Assembly (NCBI GenBank): GCA_964357615.1
Contig: CAYHMC010000005.1
Location: 24,064-88,063 of the forward strand
From: an uncultured Candidatus Saccharibacteria bacterium
GTDB lineage: Bacteria > Patescibacteriota > Minisyncoccia > UBA6257 > JACOXY01
Direction of reading: 5' to 3'
Length of the DNA: 64,000 bases
Shown: positions 35,787 through 44,023 of the stretch, piece by piece
How positions within the stretch are numbered: the stretch's first letter is position 1
Layout of the letters: each line of letters begins with the position of its first letter
The notes under the pieces: model-generated
Seen by the model: the letters and a program-made list of their open reading frames with translations, nothing else
What the model was told of the DNA's origin: nothing
The model's database searches: none
Translations under genes and position numbers: made by a program

Positions 35787-36232
35787 TCAACGATTTCCAT
35801 AGTTGATAGATTACCGTTTAATGTCATCCAAAAACGCATGTATCTAACAACATCGGGTCTCGTAATTTCTGAAGTTTTGAATTTGTCAAGCATACCAAAA
35901 ACACGTTCAACATTTCTTTTTGAAATTAGATTTGAACCACCATTAGTAGCTATAAATCCTAAAACAAACACTGCAGGGTTTCGATAAGCTATGTGATTTA
36001 TTCTATGTTCTTCGACAACACTCAACATTTTTCTGATATCTCTCTGATCTAATTTAAGATCAGCAGAAATAGCATTGACAAACACCATAAATCGATCTTC
36101 TGGTGAAGCTGATCTAGTCAGCTTTTCATCCATTTTCACATCTGTTAAAAATTCATGAAGTGGGCCACCCTGATTGGCTCTTTCAAAAGCAGAAAATTCT
36201 TGACTATATTCATATTCTCCATACTCTTCCAT
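35783..36232 (-). CDS. Hypothetical protein (149 aa)
   Basis: ORF divergent from the patatin gene; shares a 32-bp palindromic spacer with it. Confidence 0.4.
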   Translation of the reverse strand: MEEYGEYEYSQEFSAFERANQGGPLHEFLTDVKMDEKLTRSASPEDRFMVFVNAISADLKLDQRDIRKMLSVVEEHRINHIAYRNPAVFVLGFIATNGGSNLISKRNVERVFGMLDKFKTSEITRPDVVRYMRFWMTLNGNLSTMEIVD

Positions 36233-36264
36233 TTTCTTTTAAAAGAAAAATTTTTTAAAAGAAA

Positions 36265-37122
36265 ATGGAAGAGAAGAAAAAAGAAGAATACGATACATTG
36301 GTTTTGAGTGGTGGCGGAATAAAAGGATTTTATTTGTTAGGTGCAATTCAAGCTTTACTTGATTCTGAAAAAATAAATCAAATTAAAACATACATCGGCA
36401 CGTCTATCGGTTCCATTATTTGTTATCTTTTGATTATAGGTTACACACCTATCGAAATTGTCATTTCTTTATTCAAAAATAAATGGCTAGAAAATGCAAG
36501 TGGAATCAATGTTATAAATATAGTAAATGGATTTGGAGCCACGTCTTTCACTCATATTAATGAGGCTTTAGAAAAAATGACAATTTCAAAAATCGGTAAA
36601 TTCATAACCTTGCAACAGCTTTACGATATGTTTAAAAAAAAACTTGTTTGTGTTACCTACAATATGACTACTTGTATGACAGAATATTTGAATATAGAAA
36701 ACTACCCGGATATGCCCTGTTTAGTTGCTCTTAGAATGTCAGCAAACATACCTATTGTCTTCGATAGATTTCAATATATGGATTGCTTTTATATCGATGG
36801 TGGAATAGCAGATAATTTCCCCATATTAAAAGGTGAAGAATTGGGAACCAAAGTTATCGGTTTATTTCTCGATGTTAATGAAAAGAATCTTCAAGACGAG
36901 CCAACTGAAGGTATATTAAATTATTTTACAAAACTACTTCAGATTCCTATGACACAGGCTGTCAAACATAAAATATCACAAGCAACTGGCAAATCGTCTA
37001 TAATTAAGATTAAAACTGTTTTGTCAAGAAATGTTATTGATTTCAACGTCAAATCGAGAATGAAATTGGAAATGTTTTCAGAAGGTTATATAAGTGTAAA
37101 AAATTTTTTTAATATTTTATAA
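36265..37122 (+). CDS. Patatin-like phospholipase
   Basis: LVLSGGGIKGFYLLGAIQAL (GGGxK/RG oxyanion motif), GTSIGSI (GxSxG nucleophile), YIDGGIADNFP (catalytic Asp DGG). Confidence 0.85.
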   Translation: MEEKKKEEYDTLVLSGGGIKGFYLLGAIQALLDSEKINQIKTYIGTSIGSIICYLLIIGYTPIEIVISLFKNKWLENASGINVINIVNGFGATSFTHINEALEKMTISKIGKFITLQQLYDMFKKKLVCVTYNMTTCMTEYLNIENYPDMPCLVALRMSANIPIVFDRFQYMDCFYIDGGIADNFPILKGEELGTKVIGLFLDVNEKNLQDEPTEGILNYFTKLLQIPMTQAVKHKISQATGKSSIIKIKTVLSRNVIDFNVKSRMKLEMFSEGYISVKNFFNIL

Positions 37123-37138
37123 ATTTTCTAAAATAAAA

Positions 37139-37627
37139 ATGAGTTATGGAAATGTTACACCATTAAATGAGTTACCCGATCTTGAAGATTTAGAAAGAGG
37201 AGGTCATAACCCAAATCATAATCCTAATATGAATTTCAGAAATCAAGGTGACAGACCTAGCGATGAAGAAAAGTTTCAAAAATATTTAAGAAATCCGCAT
37301 AAACCACAAATTGAGGCGGGAATGAGTAATAATGGTTCGATTGGTATGATGACAGATATGATACCTTCTAATATGAATCAAGCAGAATATTATGCTAGAC
37401 AAGGCGGTAATCAGGTTCAGCAGATGCAATCACAGATGCAGATGCCAACTCATCAAGTAGAAAGGTTCACTCAGCCTTTCGGTAACTGTATTGATATTGC
37501 AAGGCATATTCAAGACTGCCCAATCTGTTCAAAGTTTTATAGTAGTGACAAAACAATTTATATTATTGTAATCGTAATTCTAGCCATAGTTACTTTACTT
37601 TTATTGAAAAGGGTTTTGAATGTTTAA
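37139..37627 (+). CDS. Q/N/M-rich protein with C-terminal TM anchor (162 aa)
   Basis: Low-complexity Gln/Met-rich centre (QVQQMQSQMQMP); C-terminal IYIIVIVILAIVTLLLL. Confidence 0.35.
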   Translation: MSYGNVTPLNELPDLEDLERGGHNPNHNPNMNFRNQGDRPSDEEKFQKYLRNPHKPQIEAGMSNNGSIGMMTDMIPSNMNQAEYYARQGGNQVQQMQSQMQMPTHQVERFTQPFGNCIDIARHIQDCPICSKFYSSDKTIYIIVIVILAIVTLLLLKRVLNV

Positions 37628-37665
37628 AAATAATTTTTTTAATAAAATTATTTTAAAAAAAGATA

Positions 37666-38937
37666 TTAATTTTCTTTTTCAATCTCAGAATAATTTCTAA
37701 TCAACCCACCGTGCTGAACATACACATACTGTCTCGATTTATAATGTTTTTGAAGTAATCCAAAGTTATCAACAAGATCGAATATGATCGGTTCTGTATC
37801 CTCTCTTCTGAAAACTCTTCCAAGAAATTGAACGAAATATTGTTCTACATCGGAAGCAAGAATCATTGCGTTTAATCTTGGATGATCAAAGCCTGTTCCA
37901 GCTTTCTGAACGGTTCCAATAAGTATTCTACTTTTTTGTTCGTAAGTTTGATTTTTACCTATCAAAGAAGTTACATCTTCCTTTTCTTCTTTCAATCTAG
38001 AAAGAAGAAAATTAGCTTGTTCAACCCGTTTACAAAGAACTAAAAAAACTTTGTCAGAAAACTTTTTAATTATATTAATAATCATCTCATTTCGTTCTGG
38101 ATTATTACATTGAGAATCAAGAACCGAACCCCAATCTATCTTTCCCATTTTATTCAATTTAAATTCTGGAACGAAACCAGTGTTCACCTTGTATACAGTG
38201 TGTTTTTTAAAAAGTTTAATTTCGATCTTCTTTTTGCCAAAATAAAAATCGAAAAGATCATTCAATCCATCATGCCTATATGGTGTTGCTGAAAGACCAA
38301 TAAGATAACGCGGAAAGATGGATCTCATACATTCGGAAAGTTTTTCAGCCATAATGAGGTGACATTCATCCACAATGAGAACTCCAATATCCTTGTAGAA
38401 AGAATTTGAATGTTTAGGGACATTGGATGCATTGATGATATAAAAATCTGCATCTTTAAGTTTAATAGTAGAATCTAGAACTTGTATTCTAGCTGTTGGA
38501 GCAAATTTTCTTATCGACTCTTCCCACTGCTTGATAAGAACAATTCTATTACAAATGATAAGTGAAGGCATTTTAAGCTTACAAGCAATATAAATAGAAA
38601 GACAAGTTTTTCCAAATCCAGGAAAACAAGCTATGATAACAGAACCGTGATTGTTAAGACTTGTTATAGCTTCAGATTTAACTTTTTTTTGTTGTTCTCT
38701 AAGTTCACCTACAAAATCGATTTTTGTTTCTGGAAAATCGCCTCGTGATGGTCTATCAAGTTTTTCATCGTAAGAAAAAGGAACTTTTAATGTATCATTA
38801 TCTAGTTCGAAAAGTTTAATATATTTTGGAGGTTGAAAGAAAGCGTATTTAGACGGTTCTTGTTTAATCATAAGATCTTGAGAAATTGTTTGTAATTCTT
38901 TTTCAGATAACGAATTGATGTTAACTTTTCTAGACAT
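37666..38937 (-). CDS. SF2 DExH-box helicase, poxvirus A18 / XPB-ERCC3-like (423 aa)
   Basis: Q-motif-like LREQQ; Walker A CFPGFGKTCLSI; Walker B LIVDECH; motif III GLSATP; motif V/VI GTVQKAGTGFDHPRLNAMILASDV and QFLGRVFRR. Class-1 motif upstream (38951..38990). Confidence 0.6.
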   Translation of the reverse strand: MSRKVNINSLSEKELQTISQDLMIKQEPSKYAFFQPPKYIKLFELDNDTLKVPFSYDEKLDRPSRGDFPETKIDFVGELREQQKKVKSEAITSLNNHGSVIIACFPGFGKTCLSIYIACKLKMPSLIICNRIVLIKQWEESIRKFAPTARIQVLDSTIKLKDADFYIINASNVPKHSNSFYKDIGVLIVDECHLIMAEKLSECMRSIFPRYLIGLSATPYRHDGLNDLFDFYFGKKKIEIKLFKKHTVYKVNTGFVPEFKLNKMGKIDWGSVLDSQCNNPERNEMIINIIKKFSDKVFLVLCKRVEQANFLLSRLKEEKEDVTSLIGKNQTYEQKSRILIGTVQKAGTGFDHPRLNAMILASDVEQYFVQFLGRVFRREDTEPIIFDLVDNFGLLQKHYKSRQYVYVQHGGLIRNYSEIEKEN

Positions 38938-38996
38938 TTTTTTATAATACTTTTCAAAATTTAAAAATCATTTTGAAAAATTATTTTGAAAAATAA

Positions 38997-39284
38997 ATGA
39001 AAACAGAGACAGTGATTCTATTAGTTTTGTTACTTGTTGTTATATGTATTTTTGTTGTATATGTATTACTTCATAAAAAAGATAACCAAACAAAAGCTCT
39101 ACATGACAAGGTTGATAAACAACAAAATGAAATAAATAATCTTAGCAATAAAAACCAAGAGAAAGTTGTGGTTGAACAAGATCCAGTTTATGTTCCTGTT
39201 ATTTACGGTGGATATGGATGGGGTAATGGTAGAAATTGGACTCACGGACCTTATTGGAGAGGAGGACGACGATGGAGACGGTAA
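38997..39284 (+). CDS. Small membrane protein with Gly/Arg/Trp-rich tail (95 aa)
   Basis: TM VILLVLLLVVICIFVVYVLL; tail YGGYGWGNGRNWTHGPYWRGGRRWRR. Start context AAAAATAAATG. Confidence 0.35.
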   Translation: MKTETVILLVLLLVVICIFVVYVLLHKKDNQTKALHDKVDKQQNEINNLSNKNQEKVVVEQDPVYVPVIYGGYGWGNGRNWTHGPYWRGGRRWRR

Positions 39285-39764
39285 TTATTTGAAAAAAAGA
39301 CAACAAATAGACAAGTTAAGGCAGAGATCAGAAGTATTTTTTAAAGATTCGTTTTGCGGTGATTCAATCCCTTTTGTATGATAACCATGAATATACCATG
39401 CTTCAGCTTTCACTTTACCATTTTTAAAATATTCGATTAAAGCCGGTTTATTTGACGATTCGTTATGCTCTCTATGCCTTACATCATCAATGAACCATTC
39501 TTCTCGTTTCACTTGTCTTTTATTATTTTCGTATTCATAATATTCGACTATAGCTGGACCATTTTCTCTACTCACTTTTCCGTTTCTAAACCAAATAACT
39601 TTTTTTAGATTTTGAATCTGAGTATTATTTTTGTTATCGAAAAAATGAATTTCAGCTGGAAGATCGTTTTCTCGATGAAGTCTGTGATTTGTTTCAGAAA
39701 CCATCCATCGTATTGTCTTGATTCTTGATTTATCATAATCAAAAAATTCTTTCTCACAATACAT
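39285..39764 (-). CDS. MORN-repeat protein (short, ~159 aa)
   Basis: WF.NGK.HR..D.PA.I.Y repeats. The track start (39821) is a TTG codon; the likely real start is ATG ~39764 (MYCEKEFF), preceded by the motif variant AAAATTGATTTCAAAAAAAAATTTTTTGAAAAA. Confidence 0.7.
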   Translation of the reverse strand: MYCEKEFFDYDKSRIKTIRWMVSETNHRLHRENDLPAEIHFFDNKNNTQIQNLKKVIWFRNGKVSRENGPAIVEYYEYENNKRQVKREEWFIDDVRHREHNESSNKPALIEYFKNGKVKAEAWYIHGYHTKGIESPQNESLKNTSDLCLNLSICCLFFK

Positions 39765-39767
39765 TTT

Positions 39768-39810
39768 GTTTTTCAAAAAATTTTTTTTTGAAATCAATTT
39801 TGAATTTAAG
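39768..39810 (-). promoter_or_regulatory. Class-1 motif variant containing AAAATTGA (identical to the mimivirus early-promoter octamer)
   Basis: In gene orientation reads CTTAAATTCAAAATTGATTTCAAAAAAAAATTTTTTGAAAAACAAA then ATG. Confidence 0.45.
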
Positions 39811-39817
39811 TATTCAT

Positions 39818-41119
39818 TCAATTATGACTAAGAATATCTTGATTTTGGTACCATCCACGATGTACAATTCCATTTTCATAATATTTTATCCAAGGTGCTA
39901 ATCCGTTTTCACGATAAAATTTATGAAATCTGCACCATCTTTCAATAAGAATTTTTCCATTTTCATAATATTGAATAATCCCAGGTAGATCACTTTCACG
40001 ATGGAATTCTCCATTTTTACACCATCTTTGATCTTTCATATTTCCATTTTCATAATAAGAAATTACAGCTGGTAAATCATAATTTCTATTAGTTTTGCCG
40101 TTCTGAAACCACATTTCCATTTTCTTATTTCCATTTTCATAATAAATAATATCGGCTTGAAGATCATCATCTCTATGTAATTTATCATTTTGAAACCATT
40201 TCTCTTCCTTTTTATTTCCGTTTTGAAAATAGGAAATCAAGCACGGATATCTATTATCATAATTTTTCACTTCATCAATCATATTAAATCGATTTTTTTT
40301 ATTGTTTTGCCACCATTCTTCTTGTTTTACAACACCGTTTTCATAATATTCGATATAAGCTGGAAGATTTTTAATCTCACTAGTCTTGTTGACCTTGTTT
40401 ACGTTACGATGTTGTTTACCATTGTTATACCACGCATCACTCTTTTTATTTCCATTTTCATAACAAGTAATTACAGCTGGAAGATCATGATCTCTATGTA
40501 ATTTATCATTTTGAAACCATTTTTCATCTATCAAAATACAATTTTTATATTCTTTCATACATTTGGTATTGTTTTCAAAAAATTTCTCTTCGATATAATC
40601 TCTAAATATTTTTTCCTCGGCTGTTGAACTTACAGGATTTTGCATTTTAATTTCTTCATTTGAAAGCATTTTAATGTCTTGTTTCTCAACACTACTTTTT
40701 TCGTCTTCAGAATCACTTGAAATTTCATATTCATAATCGAAAACAGATTTCTCGTCAGAATTAATATCTTTTCTTTTAAGCGGTGTTACAGTGTAATAAC
40801 AAAATGTTCTTTCGCTAGGTTTTGAAACAACTTTAAACCTACCTTTGAGTTCCAATTTCATTGTATTATTTTTATTTTTGAAACAATTTTCAAGGGAAGA
40901 ATCAATATAAATTTCATTTGGAATTCTATAGAATGATTGATTAATGTTTGTGCTTTCTTCAGTATGAGTTTGTTTCAATTCCATAATTTTTTTGAAATCT
41001 TTTCTTGAAACCGGAATGTAAACATCATCTGATAAAACAAAAATAATCAAATCAGAACAAGGTTTCAATTCCGAAAGATAAAAATCCGTCATGACAGCGC
41101 ATTTGACCATATAACTCAT
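39818..41119 (-). CDS. MORN-repeat protein (433 aa); N-terminus paralogous to 3189..4541
   Basis: About 9 MORN-like repeats (WFQNDKLHRDHDLPAVITCYENGNKK...); conserved N-terminal 95-aa domain. Class-1 motif upstream (41122..41160). Confidence 0.8.
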   Translation of the reverse strand: MSYMVKCAVMTDFYLSELKPCSDLIIFVLSDDVYIPVSRKDFKKIMELKQTHTEESTNINQSFYRIPNEIYIDSSLENCFKNKNNTMKLELKGRFKVVSKPSERTFCYYTVTPLKRKDINSDEKSVFDYEYEISSDSEDEKSSVEKQDIKMLSNEEIKMQNPVSSTAEEKIFRDYIEEKFFENNTKCMKEYKNCILIDEKWFQNDKLHRDHDLPAVITCYENGNKKSDAWYNNGKQHRNVNKVNKTSEIKNLPAYIEYYENGVVKQEEWWQNNKKNRFNMIDEVKNYDNRYPCLISYFQNGNKKEEKWFQNDKLHRDDDLQADIIYYENGNKKMEMWFQNGKTNRNYDLPAVISYYENGNMKDQRWCKNGEFHRESDLPGIIQYYENGKILIERWCRFHKFYRENGLAPWIKYYENGIVHRGWYQNQDILSHN

Positions 41120-41161
41120 TTCTGTTGTTTTTAAAAAATTTTTTTAAAAATCATTTTTTGG

Positions 41162-41878
41162 TTAACTTCGGTATTCAGATTTTTCAATAAACGATTTGAA
41201 ACTTGTGTTTCCTTTCTTATCATAAGAAATTTCAAAAATAGGTTTAGCTTTCTGATACCACCTTTCGTATTTCTTACCTGTAATATCATCATATTTATAA
41301 TTGAAAAGCCTTGTTACACCGCCAAATTTCGTATTTTTATAATAACCAATAACACTAGGTAAACCATTCTCTCTATCCAATTTATTGTTAATAAACCATC
41401 TTTCTTCCTTTATATCTCCATTTTTATAGTATATTATGCACCCAGGATTAATTGGAAAATCATCTTCTGAATTGGTGACAATGTTTCCATTTTCAAACCA
41501 GCATTCACTTCGAATCTCACCGCTATCATAAAAACCGATAACAGCAGGATAAAAGATTCTGTGACGTTTTCCGTTTCTGAACCAGATTTTCGTTTGTGGA
41601 TTGCCATTTTCATAGTAATGAATCACAGTTGGTAACATATTTTCCGCAATTTCAATTTGATATTCATCGTCATCCTTATTATCATCTTCACCTTGTGGTC
41701 TACTTAAAACACCATTGAGATACCATTTTTCGATTCTTTTATTTCCATTTGCATAATATTGAATCCAAGCTGGAAGAGCATCTCCTTTCTCATCCTTTGT
41801 TTCTCTATGCAATTTATAATCTTTAAAATATTTCTTTGTCACAAAACCATTTTCAACTTCGTTAATATTATTTTCCAT
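41162..41878 (-). CDS. MORN-repeat protein (238 aa)
   Basis: Repeats W(Y/F).NG...R...LP.VI.YY.NG; class-1 motif upstream (41895..41930). Confidence 0.75.
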   Translation of the reverse strand: MENNINEVENGFVTKKYFKDYKLHRETKDEKGDALPAWIQYYANGNKRIEKWYLNGVLSRPQGEDDNKDDDEYQIEIAENMLPTVIHYYENGNPQTKIWFRNGKRHRIFYPAVIGFYDSGEIRSECWFENGNIVTNSEDDFPINPGCIIYYKNGDIKEERWFINNKLDRENGLPSVIGYYKNTKFGGVTRLFNYKYDDITGKKYERWYQKAKPIFEISYDKKGNTSFKSFIEKSEYRS

Positions 41879-41915
41879 TTTTACTTTTATTTTTCGAAAA
41901 AATATTTTTTAAAAA

Positions 41916-42149
41916 TCATTTTTCTTTCAACTTGTCAACAACTTCTTTTTGCAATTCAAACAATCTATTTCTAAAAATGTTTTTCATAATCTTAATAGTT
42001 TCATCACGCTTTTCAATAGGAATTATGTTAATATAATTAAAAAATTCTGTTCGACATGAACACAAACATCTAGTTCTCTTTTCATTTTCATTCGAATTAT
42101 TTCTATTAACCACATCAATAGCTATATCAATCAATTCTTTGTCATCCAT
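41916..42149 (-). CDS. Small hypothetical protein (77 aa)
   Basis: ORF only; CxC...C pattern (RCLCSCR). Confidence 0.25.
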   Translation of the reverse strand: MDDKELIDIAIDVVNRNNSNENEKRTRCLCSCRTEFFNYINIIPIEKRDETIKIMKNIFRNRLFELQKEVVDKLKEK

Positions 42150-42243
42150 TTTCTCAACCTGTCTTTTCCATTCTTTTATAATCGAAAAAGATTCAACTAT
42201 AAAAGATAGTTCTTCATTTATTTTAAAATTTTTAATTTTAAAA

Positions 42244-42429
42244 TTATTTATTCGTTACGCAACCGAAAGAACAGTCTGAATTACAAGGTGATTGATATCC
42301 GCCTGTAATATCGGCGCAATATTTCTCTTTCTTATTGTCTCTATTGATTTTAATCAGAATCAATGCATTCAATATCAATAGGATTAAACAGAGAACGCAT
42401 ACCAAAATCTTTATGTTAAACTCATTCAT
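42244..42429 (-). CDS. Small membrane Cys-rich protein (61 aa)
   Basis: TM ILVCVLCLILLILNALILI, then 6 Cys. Confidence 0.3.
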   Translation of the reverse strand: MNEFNIKILVCVLCLILLILNALILIKINRDNKKEKYCADITGGYQSPCNSDCSFGCVTNK

Positions 42430-42987
42430 TTATTGAGATAAACATTTTTGAATTTTTTCGTAAAGAATAACATTGAACCACACTGAACAACTGATAATCC
42501 AACCAAGTAGAACATCAACTGTATAATGATTTTTAGAAATAATAATGAAAAACTGTGAAAAAAAGTTATAAAAAATTAGAAAAGGCAAAGAATAGTTCAT
42601 TCTTAAGAGCATCATAAAGCAAATCGCTGAATAAGATGCATGACCGCTAAAAATATATTCTGTTCCTGACCCATTAATTCCCCATAATCTTATTTTATCA
42701 GAATATCTTTTTAAAGGCGGTAATACAGTTGATGATGAACAGATCATTTTTAGAAATTGAATTATTGACATTACATAACAGAACTCATAAAGCTCTTCGA
42801 TACTTTCAAGAAAGACTAATGTATAAACAAGCTGAAACAAAACCATAATATCACCTAAATAATCTAATTCAAAAGTTTGAAATCGAATATGAAGACAGTC
42901 TCTAATTTCGTATACAGAATTTTTAATATTTCTACCTACAGCCATACATAGAAATGATGAAATTAAATACATTAATACCGAAAGCAT
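42430..42987 (-). CDS. PAP2/LPP-superfamily membrane protein, sphingomyelin-synthase-like
   Basis: Multi-TM. FSGHASYS (SMS D3 / PAP2 SGH motif) and KNHYTVDVLLGWI (SMS D4 signature HYT.DV; PAP2 SRxxxxxHxxxD equivalent). Confidence 0.5.
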   Translation of the reverse strand: MLSVLMYLISSFLCMAVGRNIKNSVYEIRDCLHIRFQTFELDYLGDIMVLFQLVYTLVFLESIEELYEFCYVMSIIQFLKMICSSSTVLPPLKRYSDKIRLWGINGSGTEYIFSGHASYSAICFMMLLRMNYSLPFLIFYNFFSQFFIIISKNHYTVDVLLGWIISCSVWFNVILYEKIQKCLSQ

Positions 42988-43025
42988 TTTTTGTATTTAA
43001 TTTTATTTTTTTAAGTTTAAAAAAT

Positions 43026-43991
43026 TTAGATATCGTTATCTAGCTTGTAAACTGTGCAATTTCGATTAGAGACACCACATGGAATGATTTTAATATTTCC
43101 ATTTTTAACGTTTTCCATTCTGACTTGAAGGTTCTGACCCCATGGATGATCTCTTGAAACAACCAACCATCTTTTGCCTTCCGAATTTTTAACTATGTCA
43201 AATTCAAACTTGTCGTTATAAACACTGTTCCAAGGTGAAATTTTATAAACATCATAATCACATCTAACAATTCTTTCATAGAATGGGTAAGTATATAGAT
43301 ACAGTTCTTGATTATGGAGAGTATTTTTCATATCGTAACTTGTAGGAAATTCCTCATTACTAAATTCTATTTTATTGAAACATCTCTTATTGAGTAGAGT
43401 GATCTCAAATACATTAAAAAAATGACAACCATCCGGTTCAGGTGTGCTAAACCAACAACAGTTATTACCATGAATATGAATCGCATAAAAATATTCGAAC
43501 AATAACTTTAAAAGGCTTTTTGCCAGTTCATTTTTAACATTTAAACTATGAATTTCGAGAACTATTTGAGTGACATTGTCAAGTAGATTTCTTGTTGATT
43601 CATCTTGATCTAAGAATCTAAACCAATCGTATTCACCGCCTTCAATATCCATTTTTAAAAAAATACTTCTATATTCTTTCATGTAATCACCAAGATTGGT
43701 CGTAAAATCGGTTTCTTTTTCACCAATATTCTTTTTAATAAAAGTAAACTCTTCCCTTTTTACAGGGATATTTTCAATAGTTCCATCGAATAAATAACAA
43801 GGCACTTTTCCAATTCGATTTAGAAGATCGTTTTCAAAAGAAACATCATCACTGATACCACATCCTAAAACACAATCGTATTTAAAATCTGGACAAATAA
43901 CATATCCACCATCAAATTCCTTTCCAATTCTAATTTTCGAAAAAGGACTTTTAACAAGATTATTTTTAATCAAGCACGCTGTAGTTAACAT
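43026..43991 (-). CDS. Hypothetical protein (321 aa); weak SAM-methyltransferase/glycosyltransferase-like motif
   Basis: DGGYVICPDFKYDCVLGCGISDDVSFE could be a Rossmann motif-I-like element; not confident. Confidence 0.35.
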   Translation of the reverse strand: MLTTACLIKNNLVKSPFSKIRIGKEFDGGYVICPDFKYDCVLGCGISDDVSFENDLLNRIGKVPCYLFDGTIENIPVKREEFTFIKKNIGEKETDFTTNLGDYMKEYRSIFLKMDIEGGEYDWFRFLDQDESTRNLLDNVTQIVLEIHSLNVKNELAKSLLKLLFEYFYAIHIHGNNCCWFSTPEPDGCHFFNVFEITLLNKRCFNKIEFSNEEFPTSYDMKNTLHNQELYLYTYPFYERIVRCDYDVYKISPWNSVYNDKFEFDIVKNSEGKRWLVVSRDHPWGQNLQVRMENVKNGNIKIIPCGVSNRNCTVYKLDNDI

Positions 43992-44023
43992 TTATATTTA
44001 AAGTGAAATATTTAAATTAAAAA

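Noticed and set aside
43026-43991. Calling 43026..43991 a FkbM-type methyltransferase or glycosyltransferase
   Set aside because: Only a weak CVLGCGIS motif-I-like match. Insufficient to assign function, so it is left as hypothetical.
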